The position numbers were made by a program, and so were the translations under genes. Below the pieces are notes generated by a model. That model was not told where the DNA came from and did no database searches. It saw only the letters and a list, made by a program, of their open reading frames with translations. A DNA stretch of 61,158 nucleotides, filler included, from Nemertoderma westbladi (Eukaryota; Animalia; Xenacoelomorpha), in the NCBI GenBank assembly GCA_032718475.1. It is 4 parts of 4 records of this genome, joined end to end, with 100 filler letters (N's around TTAATTAATTAA, not from the genome) between each part and the next. Parts side by side here need not be neighbours in the genome. Positions count along the whole stretch, not along the records: positions 36,140 to 54,125 come from JAUCBJ010005062.1; 3 more parts are not named here. One strand, 5' to 3'. Of this stretch, positions 38,151-49,573 are shown piece by piece; position 1 is the first letter of the stretch, and each line of letters begins with the position of its first letter.

Positions 38151-39289
38151 CGCGTCGCGTGAGACAGATAGATATGAAACACTATGGATACAGTATAGTA
38201 TTATGTACTGTACATATGTTAGCGTAGCTAGGGATACAGTATATATTAGCGTATTTCTGATTAAGGCAAGTGGTTATAACATTGAAATTTATTTTTTTCT
38301 ATATTATCCTTACTTGGCATTTTTCATTATGTATAATTATATTCTAAAATAATGTTTGAAGCTGAGTACTACAGGTACTATTTTAGATAAAATAATTAAA
38401 TAATTTACTAATTATGATTATTATTTTTATGAACATATAATACTGTAATTAATTGCAGAATATATTAATAGCCAAATATTGATGATATTATAATAGTTTA
38501 CAGCGTATATAGTATTGCTTCCATAGTATTTACAAATAACATAACCCGCCACGTATTAGTAAAATAATACCATGCTTCCATATACCGAGATATACTTATA
38601 GTATGATATACTGTACCTTACTGTATAGCCTATTACTTAGTGTAGGGCTGTGGCGGGAAATTTAAAAATGTAAAAAAAACACTAAAATTCGTAGGCCTAT
38701 AGTTCGTCCAGCCAGTCCTGCAGCCCTCAACTCGACTTCAACGTCGAACAGTCCTCCTTGAGATGGGCAGCGGACAATAATAATTAATTAATTATTTAAT
38801 AATTAATAATTATTTAGTATAATAATTATTAAAATTACTATTGTGTATTAATACTATTAAAGAAACATTTTATCCAGGGTACGGCTAGTGGGCTGAATTG
38901 AAAACATTTTCGAAATGTCTCATATGGAAACCTTCAGCCATTTCCTATTATTATATTGTTTTTCTTCCTATTGATACAGCTGGCAGGTATATTCTAGAAC
39001 CCTGACTGAGTTTGTGTTACCCAGTCTGCCACTACTGCACTAAGGCTGCTACAGTAGGTCTAGGTGGTGAAGTGTTTAGGGGAGACATTGCTTAGATTTT
39101 GCTTATGATTCTTTCGAGATGTCCCTTTAACATAATGTAATGTCACGTGCTGCGCGAAGGCCCCACTCATAAGGGGCAGAGATGGTATTGTCAGGCTGAC
39201 AGGATTGGAGGCCATGACTGCATGAAGACGTAAATCTGTAAATTGCGGACATCAGGACATACAACTGTACAAGGTATCCGGGTGTCAGG

Positions 39290-41300
39290 TACAAGGACTA
39301 CTGATACTGAAGCTAGGACTGAAGCAAGGAGTGGCACACGGTAAATCCAGGCTTCGCTAGCGAAGGCCATGTTGTTTATGTCAGTATGTTACAGCTGTAC
39401 AGGTAACCAGATTGCAGGATTGAATGATAAACATCACATTCTGCAGTCTGGGGTAAAAAATTATGTAGAATCTATTTCTCAATTTCTGGTATTAGTTTTT
39501 CAATTAGGCCTATCTGTTGCTTTCATGAATTATTTACTATATTTTTTGTGTTTATAAATTATGTAGTCCCTTTCATTTTGCTGTTATGTCCTTTTGAAGT
39601 CCTTCGTTATCAGGTGGCATGTCAGCATGTGGCGTTATTTAGTTTCTATGTATTATTTTATTATTTGTTTAAAGATGCACAACAAATTTCATTATTTTAT
39701 AATTACTTTATAGGCCTATTATTATTTAGGCATTTTATATTAGCACTTTATATAATACTGTACTTTTTATTACTGTCAGGCTGTCAGGTATTTATTACAG
39801 TATTACCGGTATGTTATTTGGTTACGTTGGCAGGTATTTATTACAGTATTACCGGTATGTTATTTGGTTACGTTGGCAGGTATTTATTACAGTATTACCG
39901 GTATGTTATTTTGTTACGTTATTACATTACGGTATTATTTAAATTATTTATGATTTTTAGATTTTAAGATTGATTGATTTTTAGACATTAGGGGTTTTCT
40001 GGGGCGCTGATCACTAATATGACACTCAAAAATATCGTATTATCCAACCAAATTCGATTTTTGACGTTTGAAATTTTTTGCTACTTGTACTTTTCGTCTT
40101 GGGGGACCAAAATAGCACCAAAAATGATGGTTGTATCTGTGTATTGCCATAACATATTTTAAACAAGTTTTATCGTGATCAGCGACCTCGAAAACCCTTA
40201 CTGCCTTATACCATCGAAATTGTAATTTTTGAGCCAAGATCTAAAAATTTCTAAAATGACCCCCCTAACCGGGCCAATTACTTTGTAAAATGGCCCGAGC
40301 CAGATAGGGTTAATGGATAGCCTTGGATTGCGACCATATAATCAACCTTTGTTGAGAATGTATTTGAACAATGTACTTCAAGTTGGCGAGTCATAAACTC
40401 CAACTGACTCTGGTGTTTCGATTTCCCAGAGTCGACACCTTCCAAATAAAATAAGTTCGCTATAGAATACCCTATAGCGCTTCTGGGATCTGTGTCTCTT
40501 TTCACCGTTGCCACAACTTCTCTCAATTGCGACCAATGGCCAGTTGGTTATTTGGTCCCAGGCAGTCAACGAACCCAGCTACTAAGTCCAGAAGTCCCTC
40601 GAGTTCAATGAGCTAATCTGTCGTTCTTCAACAGACGGAGTTTGGCGTGGCGTTGAAGGTACTGTAGGTCTATACAGGTTGCTGGTACTTCATTTCCGGG
40701 AAATTCATTTGGTGTAACAGTTGGTTGCAACCTTGATGTGCGGAACATCCTCGGGAAACTCTCGCCAGTCTGCCAGTGGGTGATACAGATGACCGCTTTC
40801 TACCCTTCACCCTTAGATGATAGGCGAACCATCATAGTGTCATCCTGTCATCGCCGAGTCGCATTGCCTATGCGGCAAGCCAGTTACTAGTAATCAAATC
40901 AAATTAATAGTTACGGTCTGACGGTTGTCTGGTTGTGTGGCGAAATGTCGTTGGTATGTGCTTGTGCTACGCCGCTTCGGAGGATTACCTGAACAAGGCC
41001 TATGCCCTACAGCCCTATACCATATAAAAGTCAACAGTATAATACAGCTACCGGTACATTATTACTGCTGTACTGTATTAAGAAACATTAAAATATAGAA
41101 AGCAATACCGGTACATGAAAGCAACAGGTAATAGAAAAACTAATACAAGAAATAGATTCTACATGATTTTTACCCCAGAGTGTGTATGTTTATCATTCAA
41201 TCTGGTTTGTAACATAAACAACATGCAGACATGGCCTTCGCTAGCGAAGTCTGGATTTACTGTGTGCCAGTCCTTGCTTCAGTAGGCCCCTAGTCCTTGA
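39290..41300 (-). mobile_element. Element with long imperfect inverted ends and a possible THAP/P-like transposase remnant
   Basis: ~39290-39530 and ~41100-41300 are inverted homologs (AAATCCAG.CTTCGCTAGCGAAGGCCATG); the interior reads VICITHW...RLQPTVTPNEFP and QLEFMTRQLEV on minus. Confidence 0.45.
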
Positions 41301-42838
41301 TCAGGTAGTATCTAGCGGAATGGTCAGAGCGTCAGACTTCCAACGTGGAGGCCTATATCTGTATATGGAATATTGACAAAAAGCGCGCCACACGGGTTCT
41401 GGTAAAACGAAAAGCAGTATTAGTCTGTTAGTAGATCAACCGACTGTTTTTTAAATACAGATGTGATTAAATTGCGAGCGTGCTGGAGGTGGAGGCCGAT
41501 CCCATTGACGTCATTACCTGATTACCGACTTTCACTTTGCAAACATGTGCCCAACTGCTGAACTGCCCAATGAAGGTATTATTGTGCTCTCGCTTATACA
41601 ACTCCCTGTTGGCAGGTTGGTAGAGTTCTCCTTACCTCAGATATGGGAGTAAACTGGACGCAATAAAAATTCATCCCTCTCCAGGGGAAATTGGACGCAA
41701 ATAACAGTTGATTAGGCCTACTCTCAAAAATAAAACTGTAACCTGTTATAACGTGCCACTGTAACCTGCTCCTTTCCCTAAATTGAGAATTTAACATTGA
41801 GGCGGGATATTAATTGGCCATTATGGGATTTGCGTCCAGTCCCCCCCCCCCCCCCCCCCCCCCTGTCAGCCTGTCTCCCTTGCCTATGTCTGTATGTGCG
41901 CTATATTTATTGCTCATTGCTGTACGGTATTTATTGTGATAGGCCTAGAAACCTGCACACAAACAGACAGTTCAGAAATTACCGATATGATTTAAGTTTA
42001 CGGTACCGGTACGGGTTTGTTTTATATGCTGATATCTGAATGTTCGCTTTACATTTTTACATATTATGTTCGGCCGAAAGAATAAATTACCGACACAATC
42101 GTTGCACCTTCCGGAACGGCCGCCACGGCCCACTCCCGAACAAATAATCGAGGATATCGTCCGTGTACCCGAGGAAGACTGTTTGTTCGAGTTGTTTTCC
42201 TCGATAAACTCAGATACGAACGGATCGAAAGAGTCTCCGAAATCCCTCGAGTGTCGTAACGTCCGACGGTACATCAGCGTAACCGACAAACTGCAGACAT
42301 TCCGGAAGGAAAACCTCGTCGATAAATTTAATAAACTCGAAGGAGAAATTCGGGAATTACAGGAAATCATAAAACAATAAACCGTAATGCGTATTCACAT
42401 GGGATCTCAGTCTGACAGTTTGTTATCTGCTGCTTGAATATAACTGTAGAAACCAATAATTAATTACGTTATACCAGTATACCGGGGTGCCTGAGGGCAT
42501 AGTATATTGTATCATTGAATAAGGACCACACCTGCACGTTGCTGATATTATTGACTGCTTGGATTTCTACAGCAGTTTGTTGTTTTCCTTTTCCCGTTAT
42601 AATTTCGACATGGGTTTGCTATTCCACCCTTCGATCTATATGCGCAGTAAAGTTCGACTCAAATGGCTCCACAAGAAGGGTTGGTTCAACCTGAAGCCGT
42701 ACCTCAGGTTCCCTTACGTAGAGCCGCCAGCAGACACCCTAATCGCCCGACTACCGGACCACTACCTGGCCCAGTACCGCGAGGGTTTGAACCAGGAGCG
42801 GCCGATCCACTGGCGAGCGACGCCGCGTAGAGAACGGA
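39458..42838 (+). repeat. Left arm of inverted segmental duplication
   Basis: Near-identical reverse complement of 46745-51830 apart from the 1.7-kb insert; mirrored ORFs in the ORF track. Confidence 0.95.
42066..42380 (+). CDS. C19orf25: UPF0449/C19orf25 homolog, duplicate copy
   Basis: Protein identical to 47203..47517. Confidence 0.7.
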   Translation: MFGRKNKLPTQSLHLPERPPRPTPEQIIEDIVRVPEEDCLFELFSSINSDTNGSKESPKSLECRNVRRYISVTDKLQTFRKENLVDKFNKLEGEIRELQEIIKQ

Positions 42839-42882
42839 GTTCGATATATTGGCCTAATATTGCACATTATTACGGACAGTAG
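42610..42882 (+). pseudogene. MRPL28: Truncated MRPL28 duplicate (N-terminal ~76 aa plus 14 novel aa)
   Basis: Identical to the MRPL28 5' end up to the breakpoint at 42838. Confidence 0.8.
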
Positions 42883-43481
42883 CTGCATTTATACTAAAAA
42901 TAATATATCTTGGGATTGTATATGGGGGATTGCAACTGTCGGGATCGGGATTTTTAAATTTATTGCGGCTCTACTCATCCAAAACTTAAAATAGCTATCT
43001 GCCCTGCTCTCCCTATAGGAGTAAAAAATATTTCGAGAAAGCTCATGCACTATAAAATCCCTAGATATGTAAAACAAAATGTTCAATGACTTTTCCAAAT
43101 TTATGCAACATTTTTAACATATCTACTGTTGCCGTCAGTTCCTGCATCAAGGGAATGGACGCCGATGTAAGTTCCCGAGGGTTGCGCTAGATCCCGAAAT
43201 ACTATTCACAGGAATTATTGGTGTTGGGGAAACTTAGGATTTGTAATGCAGATCGTGAGAAAAGAATGGTTTGGATTGAATGTTAATTTATTCACTGCTA
43301 ACTGATTCCTTATACGAACTGTTGCATCAACTAATACTTCACAATCTGAATCTAAATAATTTTGGGCTCCCATACACCAAATAATTAGAATAAACACATA
43401 CATCAGTAATAAACCTACAGTACAAACAATTTATTTAGTATTTACTTTATATGACGACAGACTCACTTTATATGATTTTAA

Positions 43482-44296
43482 CCACCCCAGCTACGTTTGA
43501 TACCCATGTCTAGTCGGTGTCCGTCATGTCTGGCGAGGGGCTACAGCTTCCATCACATTCCGAGTCCTTTTCAGGCTCGTAATAGCTCCTTTGACTGCAG
43601 TCCGCTCTGTCTGTCGGTGTCGGGTCAGGATAGACAGCTTTCCGTTACATTCCGAGTCCCTTTCAAGCTCGTAATAGCTCCGTCAGCCACCTGTCGCTCC
43701 ATCCGTTAATATCCGTTGTATCTGGTGAGAAGATGCAGTTTTCCGTTACGTTCCGAGTCCATTTCAGGCTCGTAATAACTCCGTAGATCGCAAACCCCGC
43801 TCCGTCAGTGTCGGTCCTTTGCGGAGCGCTATGCCGATTGGTTCCGAGTCCTTTTCAGGCCCGTACTACTCACAGCGAACTAGCACACCGCTCAGGCGGT
43901 CCAAAGTCCGGTTCCCTTCCCGCTGTGTGGCCTCCTGGTCTGCTTGTTTCCGAGTCCTTTTCAGGCTCGTACTACTCACAGTAAAAGAACTGGGGAATAG
44001 GTTGTCTCTTCGCTCCAGGCTCGGGCGCACGGCCTAGGCTAGGCTGTCTAGGCTGAAAAAACAAGATGGAGAGTTTTAAACGCTCAGCTAAATAATAATT
44101 AATATTCTAGAATAAAGACAACAAAACATCAGAATTATAGCGATTTACCTCTCTGAATTTACACATTAGTATTTTGATAATATCTTAACCAAGTTTTGGT
44201 TAAATTTAAAACGGTTTTCAGATTCGGAATCTACAGACGAAGGCGCTTCGAATGATATCTGATTACATTTCCGTAAAATAAAGTCTACGGAGGTGG
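43482..44296. mobile_element. TTAA-flanked non-autonomous element with internal TTCCGAGTCCTTTTCAGGCTCGTA repeats
   Basis: TTAA-CCACC ... GGTGG-TTAA; five repeat units at ~43558, ~43650, ~43751, ~43842, ~43948. Confidence 0.5.
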
Positions 44297-44489
44297 TTAA
44301 ACTTTGCTAAATATACCTTTTTTAAGGGATTGTTGTATGGAAATAACTGATAAATTGAAAAATCCGGCCAGGCCACCAGTTGTAAGAAAAGGTGTCGATC
44401 TATCATCATACCGAATTTCGTAGCATTTTATTGAAATTTGAAAAAAATTAGGGGGGGGGGGGGGGGGGGCTCCGACCCCCTAAAAATGG

Positions 44490-45850
44490 TTGTTGTTGCT
44501 GGACCCCCTCACACACAGAAACTTGTTGCTGGAACCCCTCACACACAGAAACTTGTTGCGGGACCCCCTCACACACAGAAACTTGTGTGCTGGACCCCCT
44601 CACACACAGAAACTTGTTGCTGCACCCCCCTCACACACAGAAACTTGTTGCGGGACCCCCTCACACACAGAAACAAGTTTCGGAAACAAGTTACAGCAAC
44701 TTGTTGCTGGACCCCCTCACACACCGAAACTTGTTGCTGGACCCCCTCACACACAGAAACTTGTTGCGGGACCCCCTGACACACAGAAACTTGTTGCGGG
44801 AACCCCCCCCCCCCACACACAGAAACTTGTTGCGGGACCCCCTCACACACAGAAACTTGTTGCGGGACCCCCTCACACACAGAAACTTGTTGCTGGACTC
44901 CCTCCCACAGAGAAACTTGTTGCTGGACCCCCTCACACACAGAAACTTGTTGCGGGACCCCCTCACACACAGAAACTTGTTGCGGGACCCCCTCACACAC
45001 AGAAACTTGTTGCTGGACCCCCTCACACACAGAAACTTGTTGCGGGACCCCCTCACACACAGAAACTTGTTGCGGGACCCCCTTACACACAGATACTTGT
45101 TGCGGGACCCCCTCACACACAGAAACTTGTTGCGGGACCGCCCCCCCCCCCCCACACACAGAAACTTGTTGCTGGACCCCCTCACACACAGAAACTTGTT
45201 GCGGGACCCCCTCACACACAGAAACTTGTTGCTGGACCCCCTCACACACAGAAACTTGTTGCGGGACCCCCTCACACACAGAAACTTGTTGCTGGACCCC
45301 CTCACACACAGAAACTTGTTGCTGGACCCCCTCACACACATAAACATGTTGCTGGACCCCTCACACACAGAAACTTGTTGCGGGACCCCCTCACACACAG
45401 AAACTTGTTGCGGGACCCCCTCACACACAGAAACTTGTTGCTGCACCCCCTCACACACAGAAACTTGTTGCTGGACCCCCTCACACACAGAAACTTGTTG
45501 CTGGACCCCCTCACACACAGAAACTTGTTGCTGGACCCCCTCACACACAGAAACTTGTTGCTGGACCCCCTCACACACAGAAACTTGTTGCTGGACCCCC
45601 TCACACACAGAAACTTGTTGCTGGACCCCCTCACACACAGAAACTTGTTGCTGGACCCTCTCACACACAGAAACTTGTTGCTGGACCCCCTCACACACAG
45701 AAACTTGTTGCTGCACCCCTTCACACACAGAAACTTGTTGCGGGACCCCCTCACACACAGGAAACAAGTTTCGGAAACAAGCTACAGCAACTTGTTGCTG
45801 GACTCCCACACACAGAAACAAGTTTCAGAAACAAATTGCAGAAACAAGTT
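44490..45850. repeat. 30-bp minisatellite, ~45 copies
   Basis: Unit ACACACAGAAACTTGTTGC(T/G)GGACCCCCTC. Confidence 0.97.
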
Positions 45851-46121
45851 GCTCCGTGTGAGGGGAGCCAAACACTTCTCTCTAACATCATGCCATCACC
45901 ACATAGTTATTTATGATACTCCGTTATTGCTTTTCCCCCAATAAATGACGTAGATGATATATTACTAACAGCGTTTCGAATAATATTTGTGAGAAGCAAA
46001 CAAAGAAAGATACATTGTAGTAAAATATATTAGTGTTCATTTATTTAATGGAATAAAACTACAAAGTAAATGAGAGCAACCCAACCGAGATATTGCACCA
46101 ACTACAATAATTACTGTTTGT

Positions 46122-46973
46122 CTACAGATTAACAGATGACTCCTCCACATCAGTAACATCGCCTCCTCTCAGCTCCTCCAATAATTCTTCCTCAAGGATT
46201 TCCTTGAGGGGCCGTTTATCCTTTAAGTTAAACTCCTCCGCCATTTGTTTATAAACGGCCTGTCCCAGAGTTAGACCCACCCACTCGGCCTTCTCCAAGG
46301 GTAGCGCGAACCGCCTAAACTTATTATAGACCCGATCTCTCTCCTCTACGGAACCGTGAGTGAACCCCTTGGTGGCCAGGGTCACCAACATCTCTCGTTT
46401 GAGTTTATTGCCCAACTTGGACCTGATCTCGTGTATCGGTGTCGCCAACAGATACCCGTCTATACCCTTAAACTCTTCTATCTGCCGGATCGCGGATAGA
46501 GTTACAGACGGAACTTGTATTTTTCTGTTGAGTATCTCGCTGTAGAACTCGATATCTTTCAGCACTCTCGGCCACCACTCTGTCTCTATATCGGGGCCCC
46601 ACCGTTTCTTCCGAGGTCTCCTCCCCACCACGACCGCCTCCCCTCCCCACAGTCCCGTCTGCGACTCCTCCACGTACCGCAGCGGTACCGGCTGCGATTC
46701 GTCCGGCTTCTCTACTATCTCTCCGGATACCGGATGTCTAGAGATCCGTTCTCTACGCGGCGTCGCTCGCCAGTGGATCGGCCGCTCCTGGTTCAAACCC
46801 TCGCGGTACTGGGCCAGGTAGTGGTCCGGTAGTCGGGCGATTAGGGTGTCTGCTGGCGGCTCTACGTAAGGGAACCTGAGGTACGGCTTCAGGTTGAACC
46901 AACCCTTCTTGTGGAGCCATTTGAGTCGAACTTTACTGCGCATATAGATCGAAGGGTGGAATAGCAAACCCAT
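46122..46973 (-). CDS. MRPL28: Mitochondrial ribosomal protein bL28m (MRPL28), intronless
   Basis: First ATG 46973 (MGLLFH..); motifs RLPDHY, ESQTGLWGGE, WWP, FYSEIL, VT..AIRQIEEFKGIDGYLLATP, SKLGNKLKREML, AEWVGLTL. Confidence 0.9.
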   Translation of the reverse strand: MGLLFHPSIYMRSKVRLKWLHKKGWFNLKPYLRFPYVEPPADTLIARLPDHYLAQYREGLNQERPIHWRATPRRERISRHPVSGEIVEKPDESQPVPLRYVEESQTGLWGGEAVVVGRRPRKKRWGPDIETEWWPRVLKDIEFYSEILNRKIQVPSVTLSAIRQIEEFKGIDGYLLATPIHEIRSKLGNKLKREMLVTLATKGFTHGSVEERDRVYNKFRRFALPLEKAEWVGLTLGQAVYKQMAEEFNLKDKRPLKEILEEELLEELRGGDVTDVEESSVNL

Positions 46974-47202
46974 GTCGAAATTATAACGGGAAAAGGAAAA
47001 CAACAAACTGCTGTAGAAATCCAAGCAGTCAATAATATCAGCAACGTGCAGGTGTGGTCCTTATTCAATGATACAATATACTATGCCCTCAGGCACCCCG
47101 GTATACTGGTATAACGTAATTAATTATTGGTTTCTACAGTTATATTCAAGCAGCAGATAACAAACTGTCAGACTGAGATCCCATGTGAATACGCATTACG
47201 GT

Positions 47203-47517
47203 TTATTGTTTTATGATTTCCTGTAATTCCCGAATTTCTCCTTCGAGTTTATTAAATTTATCGACGAGGTTTTCCTTCCGGAATGTCTGCAGTTTGTCGG
47301 TTACGCTGATGTACCGTCGGACGTTACGACACTCGAGGGATTTCGGAGACTCTTTCGATCCGTTCGTATCTGAGTTTATCGAGGAAAACAACTCGAACAA
47401 ACAGTCTTCCTCGGGTACACGGACGATATCCTCGATTATTTGTTCGGGAGTGGGCCGTGGCGGCCGTTCCGGAAGGTGCAACGATTGTGTCGGTAATTTA
47501 TTCTTTCGGCCGAACAT
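47203..47517 (-). CDS. C19orf25: UPF0449/C19orf25 homolog
   Basis: LPERPPRPTPEQIIEDIVRVPEEDCLF matches the recalled family motif LPTRPAPPTVEQILEDV..AP.EDPVF; C-terminal coiled coil; similar length. Confidence 0.75.
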   Translation of the reverse strand: MFGRKNKLPTQSLHLPERPPRPTPEQIIEDIVRVPEEDCLFELFSSINSDTNGSKESPKSLECRNVRRYISVTDKLQTFRKENLVDKFNKLEGEIRELQEIIKQ

Positions 47518-47866
47518 AATATGTAAAAATGTAAAGCGAACATTCAGATATCAGCATATAAAACAAACCCGTACCGGTACCGTAAACTTAAATCATATCG
47601 GTAATTTCTGAACTGTCTGTTTGTGTGCAGGTTTCTAGGCCTATCACAATAAATACCGTACAGCAATGAGCAATAAATATAGCGCACATACAGACATAGG
47701 CAAGGGAGACAGGCTGACAGGGGGGGGGGGGGGGGGGGGGGGGGACTGGACGCAAATCCCATAATGGCCAATTAATATCCCGCCTCAATGTTAAATTCTC
47801 AATTTAGGGAAAGGAGCAGGTTACAGTGGCACGTTATAACAGGTTACAGTTTTATTTTTGAGAGTA

Positions 47867-49573
47867 GGGTAAACTGGGGTAATTTGGGACATGGGGGAAT
47901 TTGGGACAGGTTGGGGTAATTTGGGACAAGTCTTTTCTTAACTGTAAGTGCAGTGGGGTTTGGTGGGTTGTTTAAATTATAGGCCTACACTTAGCTTCAT
48001 ACTTTCTCTATCTCTTTTAAATGCTGTAGACTAGCCGTCACAGGTAAGTCGCAAGTGTAAGGTGTTCGCTTTCAGATATTTCGCCCTCTAGCAGCAGACT
48101 GGAGAACTGCAGCAGCAGCAGATTAATCACCTTCATCAAAAAGACACAACATGTAGTCGTGGTCAGGTACTTATATTCCAAGACTCAGCTTAAACAGATT
48201 AAGATGAAGAAAATGAAGACATGGGTAAGCGGAAGATCACTTTCATACATTTTGCCCTCTAGGAGCAGACTGGAGAACAGAACTGCAGACCAATTACCGA
48301 CCCCACCAAGACCTGAAGACTGCAAGACACACTACTGACGCAGGATGTATTCTAAAGAGAGATCATACTGATACATATGACTACAGACAGACAGACAACA
48401 TATTTGACAAGTTTCAGCTAGGACAGATCATAAATAAAGGAATGAGTCAAGGATGTCACTTTCAGACATTTTTGCCCTCTAGCGGCAGACTGGAGAACAG
48501 ATGACCGATAACCTTCTTCCCAAAGATTCAACATGTGGTATAGTACAGTAGCAGGGCCTATAGTACATACTATGCCAACATTCAGCTAAAGGTAATCGAA
48601 TTAGAATCACGGAAATGGGAGAAGGTTTTCACTTTCAGACATTTCGCCCTCTAGGAGCACACTGGAGAACTGCAGATGAATCACCTTCCTCAAAAAGACA
48701 CATCATGTAGTCGTGATCTGGTACTATATTCCAAGACTCAACTTAAACAGATTAAGATCAAGTAAATGGCAGAATGGGTACAGGGGAAGTGGAAGGTTAT
48801 CACTTTCATACTTTTTGCCCTCTAGTGGTAGACTGAAGAAATGCAGACCACTTACCGACCCCTCCAAGACACAGCAGCAGCAGCACATTGATGCATGATG
48901 TATTCTGGCTGAGCACATACTGGCATAAAGACAGACAGACAACATATTTTTGACAAGTTTCAGCTTGAACGGATCATAAATAACGGAATGAGTCAAGGAT
49001 TTCACTTTCAGATATTCGGCCCTCTAGCGGCAGACTAAAGAACTGCATGCAGATTAGCCCCCTTTGAATGACACATGACAGCTATGAGCTAATATGGTCG
49101 GTCTAATACAAGTATGACAAGTTTCAGCATTGTCTTTTGGTCGGATTAAATGCAGAGAGATGGCAGATGGGAGGACATTTATTAATGTTTGACATGTAGC
49201 CCTCTAGCGGGAGACTGTTGTACTGATGGTGTCGAACAGTCTCCAAAATCCCAACTTTTGGTCTTATTGATGCATTGTACAATTTCTCAACAAAGTTTGT
49301 GTCAATTACAATGGGCTACTACTGTTCGATTTATGTTATGTCCCAAATTCCCCCAACTGTCCCAAATTACCCCATGCTGGGGTAATTTGGGACACTGATG
49401 AATATTAATTAAAAAAAGGTAATTAATTATTTGAAAATAAAAATTAAGTAATTAGTTTGATAGAATGGGTACATGGTGCATACTTGATAAGGTCGGATTA
49501 TCAAAAAAATGTTTTTAAGATTCTGAAAAAAGCTTTAAAGGACGATTTTGTCCCAAATTACCCCAGTTTACCC
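47867..49573. mobile_element. 1707-bp non-autonomous TA-targeting DNA transposon (Tc1/mariner-pogo-like)
   Basis: Perfect 25-bp TIR GGGTAAACTGGGGTAATTTGGGACA; TA TSD (47865-66, 49574-75); subterminal GGGG.AATTTGGGACA repeats; absent from the homologous sites at 41713 and 57924. Confidence 0.92.

Noticed and set aside
39548-39967. Hydrophobic 139-aa ORF (mirror at 51321-51740)
   Set aside because: T-rich non-coding sequence with a 46-bp tandem repeat and a non-ATG start.
44438-45944. Long ORFs (up to 484 aa) on both strands; CRISPR-like periodicity
   Set aside because: By-product of a stop-free 30-bp minisatellite; no unique spacers or cas genes; eukaryotic context.
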